This document shows positions 12,965 through 26,007 of a stretch of DNA of 64,000 nt, in pieces. Each line of letters begins with the position of its first letter. Position 1 is the first letter of the stretch. The stretch is taken from the NCBI GenBank assembly GCA_951406725.2, contig OX597819.1, forward strand, positions 47,244,001 through 47,308,000. Direction: 5' to 3'. The notes beneath the pieces were generated by a model. The model made no database searches. It was not told the origin of the DNA and worked only from the letters and a program-made list of their open reading frames with translations. The DNA comes from Octopus vulgaris (lineage: Eukaryota). The translations under genes were made by a program, and so were the position numbers.

Positions 12965-13623
12965 GGATTACGTTGCCAATGGCACTCAGAGTGTCTATGC
13001 TTTCCTTAAATGTTTTAGGTGCCTATCTAGTCGCTAGACGACATGCTTTCGGTACTCTCAAACTTTGGTACAGCGGCAGATCAGCATGCGACAACTGGAT
13101 TGAGATGCACCAGCTTGTCCGGTGCTCATTTTCAACTGAGTGAAGTGGAGCAATGTGAGATATCGTTCCTTGCTCGAGGACATTACTCGCTACACGATCC
13201 AGAAATTGAACCCACAACATTATGATCGTGATACAAATACTTTCAGATATATATACATACATACAAAACGCGTATATACACGCATGCCTCTACCTATCTA
13301 TCCACCATAAATATTGATTTGCACTACGGAAATTTGTTACGTGATTAGGGATCCTGGCGAAATTATCAGTAGTAACGGAGAGTAATCTCAGCACTCTAAT
13401 TCAATAAATATAGTATATTTCCATATTGAGTGCATTTTGTCCAGTTTGGAAACTAACGAGTGTGTGTGCGTATATATATATATATGTATGTATGTATGTG
13501 TGTGTGTACACACATAGAAATTTCAAGTTCAATGACATTAAACTATAACAAATGATGAGTTTAAATGCATTCGATATACTAGTTAATACTATAAAACAAA
13601 AATAAAAGCCAATTATGACTTAC

Positions 13624-13674
13624 CAATACAGGTAAACTTGTGTGTAGATTTCAAAACACGTGTGACAAGAGGAA
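13624..13674 (-). other. GAR1: Probable non-coding first exon of GAR1 (5' end approximate)
   Basis: Minus strand reads TTCCTCTTGTCACACGTG...GTATTG|GTAAGT, a perfect donor at 13623-13618. The ATG-containing exon at 8381 has a good acceptor and needs an upstream exon. Confidence 0.55.
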
Positions 13675-13942
13675 ATATTAATGACGCATGCGCATTAAAG
13701 ATTTGAGCCTAATTGCATATTTAGTTTATACTTGAAATTTTTATTGTTTGAGGAATAAAAAAATATTAATTCTGAAAAATATGCTTAAATTAAAATAAGA
13801 TTTTTAAGAGATAATTTCAATTGTTTTACCGAAGCAAATTATATTTGATGTTTTTATGACTATCGTGATCACATAGACCAAGATGGCTTCTTATGATACT
13901 TTCTCTAATTGATGTCTGAAAGTACTTGCTCAAAATTACATT
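13650..13942. promoter_or_regulatory. Bidirectional promoter shared by GAR1 and DDX46
   Basis: Divergent first exons ~270 bp apart; E-box CACGTG 13657-13662, NRF1/ewg-like CGCATGCGCA 13685-13694, YY1-like CCAAGATGGC 13878-13887. Confidence 0.65.
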
Positions 13943-13953
13943 ATGCCTAGCAG
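13943..13953 (+). CDS. DDX46: DDX46 exon 1 (coding part)
   Basis: ATG CCT AGC AG|gtagga; phase 2 joins 20137 in frame to give MPSRSYRRRSRSRS. Confidence 0.65.
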
Positions 13954-15895
13954 GTAGGACGGTTTTCATCATTTCTTTAACAAGTATATATCTAATCTAT
14001 TTAATAATAAATAATATTAAGGCTGTACTGTCTATTGATGCTTAAATTTATTGCTTGACACCCAACAAACAGAAACCAAAATCATATATGATTGAGTGTC
14101 AGCATGTTTCTCATCTTCAATTAAGTAAACAAATTATATTCGTTTCAGCATTATTTTTTTTCTATCTCGTGATCTTTCTTTTGTTTCTTCTATTTTCTTT
14201 TCCTCTCTCTCTCTCTCCTTCTAACAACACATCCTGATTTATTAGGCAATTCACAATAGAATTAAAACACTGCTAATTTTTTAATCTAGTTTTGTTTACT
14301 CGAAAGCAGGTTGGTTATATTATTGTCTGCTTAATAATTTAATTGTCGAAAGACACTATCCCATAATTTTGTTTTTAGTTTCGCTAGTGAATAGATATAT
14401 CGGTGGAAGATTTTTGTCGCCGTTAAAATCAACATCTGATTGATTTCCACTTACATTTCGAACTCAAAATATTCATTACAATAACAATGACAATATGCCA
14501 ATTTATTTCTCCCTATATATCTATATGCGGTAATGTTATCACGAAACTGCCGTATATCCGATTTTTGTCTATATGTATATATAATACTCTCTGTTCATAT
14601 ACATATTTAAGATGCATGTATGTATGCAATAACTTTTTTACTCGATCTAGTCTTTACGAAGCAATGTGTGTTGACACAGAAGTATATGCTATGAAATCAT
14701 TAATGTATAATGCTATATATATATATATATATATTTATATATACGCATTAATGTATTTCATGTTTCAGATAAAACAGACAGTCAGTCAGGGAGAAAACGT
14801 GCCTACCTAACTGTTTTCAGACAACTCTATCACAAGGTTAATATAACTATTGTGGCTGTTTCATGAGTTGTAAATGTTTGAATCATAAACAAAACGTGAA
14901 CAACTGACGAGAAATTGAAAATAAACTTAGTTGTCATCCTCTCTCAGACTTTGTTTTGTTTTCTTCTTAACATTATTTATTTCTTAAATCTGCAAGGACT
15001 ATCACGGTTTGAGAAAATTGTTGACGTGTGACGTTGATGCCCTTATTAAATTGATTCTTTACATCTTGATAAAAACGTCAACTTAGCGAAATTCACAATA
15101 TAGCTAGCTATAGATTTGACCGGGAATAGAACCTAATCTGTCTTATACTATAGCCTCGGGCCGACCAAAGCCGTGTGAGTAGATTTGGTAGACGGAAACT
15201 GAAAGAAACCCGTCATATGTGTGTGTGTGTATATATATGTTTGTGTGTCTGTTTGTCCCCAGCATCGCTTGACAACCGATGCTGGTATGTTTACGTCCCC
15301 GTAACTTTGCGGTTCGGCAAAAGGCAACGATAGAATAAGTACTAGGCTTCCAAAGAATAAGTCCTGGGGTCGATTTGCTCGACTTAAGGCGATGCTCCAG
15401 TATGGCCGCAGTCAAATGACTGAAACAAGTAAAAGAGTAAATAGCATACACTGAATATGAGTAGACACTAAAATTTAGAAGCCCATTGGAGTGTTTGTGA
15501 CTAATTTAAATGCCCTGCCTTGTCACATAGTGTTGTGTTGTGACAATGACAGTTTAGATACTAAAGGCGAAACATCGCCCAAGGATTCTACTCGAGAATT
15601 GCGCCGAGGCTACACGTGTCTGTGGAATTCTCTGCCTGTTACACATAAATTAACGAGTGGGTAGTTCAGTTAATCCAATAAATGAATGCTTACCGTCAAA
15701 ACAAATGATGGAGGAAACATCCTATTCTGATTTTAGTCATTGGACTACAAGAGCACATCTTCTCACTCAGAAGGCTTTGCTTAGTCCAGGACAATAGCAG
15801 AAGACACTTGCCCAATGTGCTGCAAAGTAGTACAGAACCTGAAACCACGTAGTTGGGAAGCAAACTTCTTAAACACACAGACACCCCATGCATGC

Positions 15896-15946
<51 letters not shown>
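15896..15946. repeat. (TA)n microsatellite
   Basis: Directly visible; one of many (TA)n/(CA)n tracts. Confidence 0.95.
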
Positions 15947-15948
<2 letters not shown>

Positions 15949-15951
<3 letters not shown>

Positions 15952-16226
15952 TTCGTTCCTTCTTGAGCCATCCCTGGCTTATAGGGCCAGTTTCCTTGGC
16001 ATATAGGTTCCTCACCTGGACGGGACGCTGGTCCGTTGCAGGTGATCTGCAAGATGCAGGAGGAAAGTTGTGGCGAAAGAGTCAGAAGTTCACCATTACC
16101 TTCTACTGGAGCTGCGTGGAGCTTAGGTGTTTTCACTCATAAACACACACATCACCCAATCTGAGATTTGTACTCGCGATTCCTCGACCGCGAGTCCGCT
16201 GCTCTAACCACTAAGCCATGAGCCTC

Positions 16227-16227
<1 letters not shown>
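15949..16227 (-). mobile_element. tRNA-derived SINE, family E
   Basis: Reverse-complement homologue of 42294-42600. Confidence 0.75.
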
Positions 16228-16281
<54 letters not shown>

Positions 16282-16334
16282 CGTTTTTGTATTTAGTTTG
16301 CAAGATTCTTTATGTGAATTCATGTGTTGAAGCA

Positions 16335-16580
16335 TATTTTATTGTGTCTGGGGAGAGTCATTCTGTTTTAACACACTCACTGGTTCGATTTCCACTCATT
16401 TACCTATTTATTTTTTCTAAAATTTTCGTTGCTTTTTACAACCTCTTCAAGATTCAATGGTTGCAAGAAGCAACAAAAATTTTAGAAAAAATAAATAAGT
16501 AAATGAGTGGAAATTGAACTGGCGAGTGTTAATTGATAAGGCATTAAAACAGAATGACTCTCCCCAGGCACAGTAAAATA
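16335..16580. repeat. ~110-bp imperfect inverted repeat with 15-nt loop
   Basis: 16335-16443 is the reverse complement of 16459-16580 apart from substitutions and one ~13-nt indel; flanked by (TA)n. Confidence 0.85.
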
Positions 16581-17269
16581 TATATATATATTAAAACAAA
16601 AAGTTAAATTCTGGTCTTACAGTCACCAAAGTTTTTGTATTCACAAAAGCCACAGCCTTGTGGATAGCTCATCAGACTATACAAAGACAAAAAATAAACT
16701 TTCTACCACATGGATGTGAGGAAATGCTCAGATATCAAGATTTAATGGCTAACCTATAAAAACGTTAATGAGGATGGGTTATCTCGCCTGGATCAAAGGA
16801 TAAAAAATCCTTGCAGACCCAAACTAGCCTAACCAGCAAACGGGGGTGGAGGCAATTTTCCAGTAGAATGCACTTGAAATGAACACATTTAGAGAAAACT
16901 TCTTTACAACTATTCAATGCACCAGGTTTAGCTAGCATAGTCCTTAAGAATTTTCAACCTGATATCACAGAGGGTCCCTTGTAAATTAATTACTTAATAT
17001 GACCTCTTTAACAAATGTGTGGCAGTGTGATAAAATGTTTCCCAACCACATGGTTTGGGGCTCAGTCCCACTACATGGTACCTTGGACAAGTGTTTTCTG
17101 CTATAGCCCTGGGTCAACCAAAACCTTGTGAGGGGATTTGGTAGATGGAAACTGAAAGAAGCCTATCATGTATGTGTGTGTTACTGTCTCCTTGCTCTAG
17201 CATCATATGGTAGTTTTAGGCAAGGTAGGTGTCACTATCATGCAAATAGTGTCCTTCATTTACAATCTT

Positions 17270-17481
17270 ATTTCATTATTGCCCACTAGGGGCTAAACAT
17301 AGAGGGGACAAACAAGGACAATAAGTTGATTACATCAACTCCAGTGTGTAACTGGTACTTAATTTATCGACCCCGAAAGGATGAAAGGCAAAGTCGACCT
17401 CGGCGGAATTTGAACTCAGAATGTTACGCCAGACGAAATACCGCTAAGCATTTCGCCCAGTGTGCTAACGTTTCTGCCAGC
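17270..17481 (-). mobile_element. SINE family B
   Basis: TSD TTTACAATCTT; nested in an older family-A-like SINE. Confidence 0.8.
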
Positions 17482-18151
17482 TTTACAATCTTCTAAGACA
17501 TGTTTGGCCATGGGAAAGTATTACGTTACTTGGAAACAGGTAGGGCATCTGGCTGTAGAAAATGTGCCTCAAAAAATTCCATCCAACCCATATGAGCATA
17601 GAAAAGTAGACATTACATGATAATGATGGTGATGATGAATCTATTTAATGAGTGCAACAAACTAAAATCAAGTGACTATGATGGATAGTGCTATCTTACA
17701 GTATTTATTATGATATTACAGGAAAGGATAGTAACCAGCAAAGCCATTACAACAGGCAGCAAACTAAGTACCTTACAGCATTTAGGGGTGTTTTTTCTCC
17801 TCAAATCCTGCAAAGGTCAAGTTTCTCTTCTCTCTTTCCTGGATCAATAACAATAAATAACAGACTGGGATTGATGCAACTGGTCTCGGAGTGGTTGGCG
17901 TTAGGAAGGGCATCCAGCTGTAGAAACACTGCCAGATCAGACTGGAGCCTGGTGCAGCCTTCTGGCTTCCCAGATCCACGGTCGAACCGTCCAACCCATG
18001 CTAGCATGGAGAACGGACGCTAAACGATGATGATGATGATGATGATGAATAGACCCTCTACCAGAATCTGAGAATGTGTGTGATTTAGACAGCATTATAG
18101 TATTGTGTGCATGCACACATATATACTCACTTTTTTTTTTTCTTCCTCCGC

Positions 18152-18267
<116 letters not shown>

Positions 18268-19190
18268 CTGTAAAGTTATAATTACTGACAAAAGAAATAA
18301 TAATATATGATGATGTTAATTATAAATAAGAATCCATCTTGAATTATATTATCTGATACTTCCATATTCTGTATTGAAATATTTATTTCTTTATTTTCAG
18401 AAGAGAACTGCAAGTATTTGTTTTGTTTCCTTTTGCTCCCAATCTCTGCTTTCTTAAATCATGAAAACGTATAGCATTGGGTTTTTATAACAGTTTCTGT
18501 TTTTTTTTCTTAAAGTCATTAACTGCCAAAGGGAGTTTGATTCTTACATTGTTTTCTGCTCTTGCTTTATTTCATCCTATCTTTTTCTTTGCTTCAGAAT
18601 CACATAATCTCTCTTTGTCTCTCTCTCACACATACGCACACACACACACACACACAAAATGAAATGGTCAGAAGAATTATAATGTTATTAAAGTAAACTG
18701 GAACTTGTAACATACATGCTTTTCCAAAGTAATAAACTATGTAAGTAAAATGAAACAGTTCTAAACAAGTCGTGGACTTAGTTTGTTCAACCTTAAACCA
18801 TACTACAATGCTCGTTTACACAGTTTACTTTGGTCTTCAGAACAGCTTCTGCACCATCCAATCTGTGAATTCCAACTTCTTGGTTCTAACCTTTTTCTTC
18901 CTATGTTTCTCTCAACATATCAACTCACTGCACTTCTTCATATAGTTTACATTATCTACATGCATTTCATGTTCACACTAGCACTAATCTCTCTTAAATA
19001 TTTCTGCCAATGCTTTTGATGCCCGGTTGCTTTCTGAACTCATTTGCACTCAGTTTTTCTCTCGTTCAGTTAAATGCATATCCTATACGAAAATATATTC
19101 AGCCTGTTCTTATTGTACTTCTTCAAGTGCTACTAATCTCTTTGCACTCATTACCAATATTTCACTGCAGTGCAGCATCACATTCCTTAA

Positions 19191-19412
19191 CCCTTTTGAT
19201 ACCAACCCGGCCGAAACCGCCTCTGGCTCTGTAGTACAAATGTCTTACTTTCATAAGTATTGAATTAAAATCTTCCACCAAACCTTAGTCACAATTTATG
19301 TTCCCAACACTAGCCTAATGATAACTAAGTTCTTTTACTAAATTCCATGTTATAATTAAAATTAATTGAATGAAACACAGAGCATCTCAAAATAAATACG
19401 GTAATGAAAGGG
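19191..19412. mobile_element. piggyBac-type MITE
   Basis: TTAA TSDs at 19187 and 19413; TIRs CCCTTTTGATACC / GGTAATGAAAGGG, similar to the 37305 terminus. Confidence 0.8.
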
Positions 19413-20136
19413 TTAAACACTCGGTCTAGATTTTGTGAAATGGGACAAAAACCATCTTTTATTATTCACAATTCAATACTAGCTCTACTTCCAACTATAG
19501 TTTTGCCCCCACTTCAAGCCAACAAAGGTATTTCTATGTGATCATTCAACCAACTGAAAATACCAGTCAAATTCCCTCATCAGGAAAGGACATTAGATAA
19601 TGTGATACTATATTTTACTAAATTCCTCTCTAAAATAGGAACCACTTGTGTGGCCAATCTGGTCTTCTCACAGCATATCCAATTTTTATTTATTAAATGC
19701 CATCAGTTGAGTAAGTCTGTACTCCTGTAAGTACCCTGGTATTGCAGGTACTTATTTTAATGGTCCCTGAAGTATAAATGCAAAGTTGGCCCTAAAAAGT
19801 ATTTGAACTGAGAACAGTTAAGTATTAGAGTTTGAGAATAAAAGTCAAGTGCTGCAAACGTTAACATTTTGAACAGTCTTATTGATATTTATTATAAATT
19901 GGGCTGGCAGATTCATTAGAGCTTTGGAAGTATATATGTGTAATACTGGGATACTTTGTATGATAATGACTTAAATTAAATCTATTTAAACACCTTCCTT
20001 GTTATGCAGAAAAGGCAGCATACATTGTATGGTTTCTATACTTTTTAATATTAGGTTGTATTTGCTACACATAATTTCTTTTCTTATATTTTATTTCTCT
20101 TTCATAATCATTCTTTTTTTCTCTCTCTATGTAAAG

Positions 20137-20334
20137 ATCCTACAGACGCCGATCTCGCAGTCGGTCTCATGAGCGAAGACACCGCAGTCGTTCCCGGAGC
20201 CCTGACAGGTCTCGCCGTTCTCGAAGGTCAAGATCTCGTGAGAGAAAACGTTCACACAGTCGTGACAGAGACCGAAGGAGCCGATCTCGTGATAGATATG
20301 CTCGTCGCTCTAGGCCTTCATCAAGAGAAAGAAG
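20137..20334 (+). CDS. DDX46: DDX46 exon 2, RS domain
   Basis: SYRRRSRSRSHERRHRSRSRSPDRSRRSRRSRSRERKRSHSRDRDRRSRSRDRY...; polypyrimidine tract + aag / gtaagt. Confidence 0.9.
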
Positions 20335-21724
20335 GTAAGTTTATTCAAATAATCTTAAATAGATGCTACCAGTTGCCTTTGGAATTTTACTTTCCAGCAA
20401 AATTCTGGTTTAAGCACCCCGTATAACTTTTCTATTTTGGGGAATTTTCTGAAAATTTTTGCAAATTTGTGTACTGCTCATGGAAATTCATACAAGGTCC
20501 AACCCATGCTAGCATGGAAAGCGGACGTTAAATGATGATGATGATGTGTGTGATTTAAGGGCAGTTTAGCTTTTATTTTTAGCACATCTCACAGCTGTCT
20601 GATACCTTCCTCGTTTGTTTGTCACACTGCCATGTATTGATGTTTTTCAATTTTTATATAATGGAATGATGATGCACCCCAGAGTTGTACATTGCTAGGA
20701 TTTAAGCAAAAAATTTGGACTGTCCACATTTCAAATTCTGATTTTTTTAAAATATTTCAAAAATAAGTAAAGCTTTTTAAATAATTATATGACAAACATA
20801 TACACACACACATACATTATATATATATATGTGTGTGTGTGTGTGTATACACACACACATATATACGATAGGACACGATCAGACTGGAGCCTGGTGCAGC
20901 CTCCTGGCTGTGATAAAGTAACCGTGCCAGTGGCACGTAAAAAGCACCATTCAAGCATGACTGATGCCTATACTGCCTGACTGGCCCTTGTGCTTGTGGC
21001 ACATAAAAAGAACCCACAACAGTCTCAGAGTGGTTGGCATTAGGAAGGGCATCCAGCTGTAGAAACATTGCCAGATCAGATTGGAGCCTGGTGCAACCTT
21101 CTGACTCACCAGCCCTCAGTCAAACCGTCCAACCCATGCCAGCATGGAAAGCAGACATTAAACGATGATGATGATGATGATGACTTTACTACCTATTCTT
21201 TTAAATCAGTATTGGTTTCAAATTTTGGTACAAGGCCAGCAATTTTAGGGAAGTAAGTCGATTACATTGACCTCAGTATTCAACTGGTACTTATTTTACC
21301 AACTCTGAGAGGATGAAAGGCAAAGTCAACCTCAGCAGGATTCAAAGGCAGAATACAAAGATGGACAAAATTCCTGTATGCATTTTGCCCAGCATGCTAA
21401 TGATTTTGCCAACTCATTGCCTTAATAAAATAAAATAAAAATGTATTTTAAGCAACACGCTATTGTCCCAGACATCTCAATCTCTTAGTTATCTCCACTA
21501 TTCTTGACAACTTTTTGGTATTTTATTTGTCAGCCATGCAGATTGAGACAAGCTAAGTTACATGCCTTGTCCATTGATACAACACAGTGGAGTTGTAAAG
21601 TTTTGAACATGTCTATTCAATAAGTAGCTTAACACTTAAAACCTCACAACCATTCTTTTCTCAGGGATGAGAGATAGCTGAAGTATTTTAATCATTGTTT
21701 TATTTGTTACGTCATTGCTTTCAG

Positions 21725-21884
21725 GAGAGAGAAGCATTCTCCCAGAAAGAGGTCGTCATCAAGAAATCGAAGCCGTTCTCGCTCCAAATCTCTCCCTAAA
21801 GCAGCTCCTAGTCGTTCACCAAGTGTTGAGAAGATTAGTCCAAAGGAAACAGAGGTGAAAGTAAAAGAAGAACCTGTGGACAAG
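21725..21884 (+). CDS. DDX46: DDX46 exon 3
   Basis: REKHSPRKRSSSRNRSRSRSKSLPK...KEEPVDK; tttcag / gtaaaa; phases consistent. Confidence 0.88.
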
Positions 21885-24306
21885 GTAAAAGTTTTACTCT
21901 ATTTCTTTTTCTTTTTTTTTTCTTTCCCACACCTTTGTTTTTTGTTTTTTTTCACTTAAAACCAGACCATGGGGTTATCCAACCTTTTTTCACTATACAC
22001 TATTCTAGAAACCATCAAATGAATTATACCTGCAATTCCAAGGGTCAGCTTTGTCTCAGACAATGTAACACAGAATCTGCCTGAACATTATGTTAAGGCT
22101 ACAAGTGTCTGGGAAATACTCAACCTGTTACACTATAACTCCATTATGTAGGTAGTCCTACTTGATCAAACAGAACACTCATCAGAGAAATTAATGTGAT
22201 ATCCATCATCATTTTGCACCGTGTAAGACATTGCATCATAGAAGATTCACCCCAATTCTGGAAAGACAATGTATTTTTCTCCCAGAAACCAACACAGTCA
22301 AAGTTACTACTTTGTACATTATGTTTTTACATTAAATGACTGGTAGATCCAACACATAGCTTGTGCTAGCACTTAAGCATTTAAACTAACTGTACCCAGC
22401 CCAAATATTTTCCATTTTATGTTCAAACTGGCCAGATCCAGCCTCTCATACCTACCCTTTGATATTATTCAAACCAAGTGAAATTGCAGTCATGGCAGAT
22501 ACTAGTGTCATGCAAATGGCACCCATACCAGTGGCATGTAAAAGAACCCATTAGACTCTTAGAGTGGTTGGCATCAAGAAGGGCATCCAGCTGTAGAAAC
22601 CATGCCAAATCAGACTTGAGTCTGGTTCAGCCTTCCAGCTTACCAGCCCAGTCAAACCATCCAATCCATTCCAGCATGGACAACGGACCTTATATGATGA
22701 TGATGATGATGATAAACAGTCATATCCTCGAGGTCTCAAAGCTATGAGATAATGCACGAGTTATTCAAAACAACATGAATAAATAAGCATTACATTTGAC
22801 GAAGTAATCTGAATGCTAAATGGTTAATGATATCACTTGGTGTTTGGGTACTTTAGTGTGAGTGATAAACCTCATACACAGCCTTATTTCAACACCATCA
22901 TGTCGTCTTTGGTTGCTGTCTGTGAAGTTTATATGGTTGCATACATTCAGACTAGAATATGTGTTCCTTCACTGTCAATGTTTTTCTTGCATATGTTTTT
23001 AAGGCTGAGCATTACTTGCATCAATCTCACTAGTCTTGGAGAGTTTGCAGAGATTATGAGCACTGCTTCTCCCTCTCATCTGACTTACTTATTACAAAAA
23101 CACAAAAAAATAAAGTAGTATTTTATTCGGCCCTACTTATTACTTTCAATAAAGAGTTCTTTAACAATAAAAAGAAAATGTATCAGACAGTTCTACAATC
23201 TTACATAAAAACTTGTCTTTCCACCACCACAAAACCATCATCACCACTCAGCCTATTTATACTAATTTCCTGCACAATTCAATTAATACTTTCCTATCAT
23301 TAAAATATTGGCACATATATATATATATATATATCCGTTTATCCATCACTTTTGTTTTGAGAAACATATTTTTGAAGATGTGTTTAAAGAAAATAGTAGT
23401 GCATCTTATAAGGTGTAAAATACTGTATGGAGTTACAGTGTATTCAGATATTAGGTAATTTTTTGACTCTTGTTAAGCTAGATATGAAAAATAGATTTCA
23501 GATCTTTGGGAAATATTACTTGTGGTAGAGTAAAAATCTTATCGAAGGGAATGTTAGCCTCTCATCTACTTAACACTATTGAATCTAGAATGAAGCAATG
23601 GATTTATGAGCTGTTGTCACTTATACAATTATGGCATATCCATTGATAAAATGGTATACAGTGATAATATGCTAAATTCATAAGCTCTCAATGAAATGAT
23701 ATGGTATAATAAAAGATATTTAATATACAATTATGATGTACTTAATCATAAAATGATATATAAATATTGTATACCAATCATAATAGATATACAGTAATGG
23801 GGTTTGTGGGGTACTCATTTGTAAATATTTCTATTACAGGGAGGAAAAGTTGATCCCATAGTCTATGGAAACCCTTCGGGGTTGGGAGGACCGGAGGGTC
23901 AGGTGAGTGTAGTAGAATAGATATCTTATTAAGTGATGGTGTCTTTTGTTATAAAATGATGTGTCAGTATGAATTCAGTCGTGGTTGGTGAGAAATGTGT
24001 ACCCAATGATAACAGCACACTCTCCTTCACTGACGCTGAGAAAAAAAAGGAGGCATAGAAATGCGATTATAAGAGGTTGCTGACTGAGGGGGAAGGGGAA
24101 TACTTGTGGAAGAGGAGGACTCTCCCAAGTAGACCCAATAGGGGGGCTGTTATCATCAGCATTACCATCATTATCATCGTCATCATCATTTTTATATCCA
24201 TTTTTACTTGCTAGAATGGGTTGGAAAAGCTTTTTGAAGCAGTGTTGTAGAGCCACATACTCTTCTAATTATCAACCCCTTTAATTTCCTTTTATGTTAC
24301 ACTAGA

Positions 24307-25310
24307 ATATGCTGTGCCTATTTTATAAAATGGGTGGACTAGCTATTGAAATTGATGGCTATATGGTCAAAATGGCCATTAAGGATTTGAAGATGAGGAA
24401 AGTAGCTAATACTTCAGAGATTCAACTAAGACGCTAAATATATTTGACAAAGTGAAACAGTCACTAGTTACTCACATAATCAGTCAAGTAGTGCAGGAAG
24501 GAACCCTATCCTGTAACTGACATAGCAGTATCATTATCAACTGCTACAAGGGCAAAGGAGATACTCCAGAAAGAAACAATTACAGAGGCTTAAAACTGAG
24601 GGACCAAGTTATGAAACTATCAGGGTTTAGTATAGCTAATTAGGATGAGAAGTAGTTTGGATTTTAGTCAGGAAATCGGGATAAGTAGCGCTGTTGCTCT
24701 CTTCTTTGTGAGATGACTATAGGAGAAATTCGAAGCAGAGAACAAACCACTACATCTGGCATTCACTGATGTGGAAAAGGCTTTTGAAAGGACACTACAT
24801 TCTATAGTCTGTTGGTCAATAAAGAAAACAAGGTGTTGATGAACATCTAGTGAGATCCATGCAAATCATGTACAATAATGTACAATAATGTACAGCAAAA
24901 TTTTGTGAAGAATTTAACTTACAAGTCAATTCATAAGGGTTTAGTTCTTAGTCTCTCCTACCACCCCACCCTCACCTGCCTGTTTATTATAGTTCTTCTG
25001 GCCATAACAGAGGATTTTATTGATAGATTCCTTTGGGAACTTCTGTATGCCAATCACTTAATTTGAATCTGTTTAAAAAATTAGTGAAGAAATTTATGTT
25101 ACACGAAGATATGCTGTGCCTATTTTATGAAATGGGTGGACCAGATTTGAAATTGACAGCCATATGGTCAAAATGGCCATTAACGATATAAAGGCATGGG
25201 AAGCAGCTAATTCATCAGATATTTAACTAAGATACTGAATATATTTAACAAAGTAAAACTGTTACTAGTCACCCAGAAGCAAGCCTAGAATCAAGGGACC
25301 TTAAAGTAAA
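24307..25310 (+). mobile_element. Degraded RTE RT fragment with a ~165-bp internal duplication
   Basis: Peptides NNYRGLKL, LAFTDVEKAF and WELLYANHL; 24307-24475 is repeated at ~25108-25275. Confidence 0.7.
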
Positions 25311-25632
25311 CCTCACCTCTAGGTATTTGGTACCTGGTTCAGCTGGGAAAGTTACTTTCAACAGAATAACATGATACAGAAAGAGTTTCATCTTTCATAG
25401 AATTAATAACCTCAGAAACTTGAGCACTAACTCTGATGCACCACTATTATCTGGGGAGAGAATTAGTTTTAACCTTCAAACTTTATGCAATAAATCTTAA
25501 TGTATATCATTATGAGTTATTCATAAATAAAATATGTCATCTTAGTGAATCCGTTGATGCAGTGAGAACTGACTCACACTTTCATGAAATAAAAGATAGT
25601 TATGATAATATCTTGAGGAAATAATATACAAA

Positions 25633-26007
25633 GGCGCAGGAGTGGCTGTGTGGTAAGTAGCTTGCTTACCAACCACATGGTTCCAGGTTCAGTCCCACTG
25701 CGTGGCATCTTCTACTATATATCTTCTACTAAAGCCTTGTGAGTGGATTTGGTAGATAGAAACTGAAAGAAGCCCGTCATATATATGTATATGTATTTAT
25801 ATGTTTTTATGTTTGTTTATCCCCCCCAACATCGCTTGACAGCTGATGCTGGTGTGTTTATGTCCCCGTAACTTAGCGGTTCGACAAAAGGGACCGATAG
25901 AGTACGTACTAGGCTTACAAAGAATAAGTCCTGGGGTTGAAATGCTCGACTAAAGGTGGTGCTCCAGTATGGCCACAGTCAAATGACTGAAACAAGTGAA
26001 AGAGTAA
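25633..26007 (+). mobile_element. SINE family A
   Basis: Same head, body and AAAGAGT tail as the other copies. Confidence 0.85.

Noticed and set aside
14899-14934. CTGACGA...GAAA...TTAGTTGT as a minimal hammerhead
   Set aside because: Helix II and III are only 1-2 bp and helix I needs the core C; expected by chance in AT-rich DNA.
18306-18356. Box C (ATGATGA) ... box D (CTGA) pair as an intronic C/D snoRNA
   Set aside because: Only ~50 nt, very AT-rich, no convincing terminal stem or recognisable guide. I found no supportable snoRNA in either gene, though snoscan/Infernal would be needed to exclude them.
20169-20426. 85-aa ORF MSEDTAVV...
   Set aside because: Wrong-frame reading of the DDX46 RS-domain exon.
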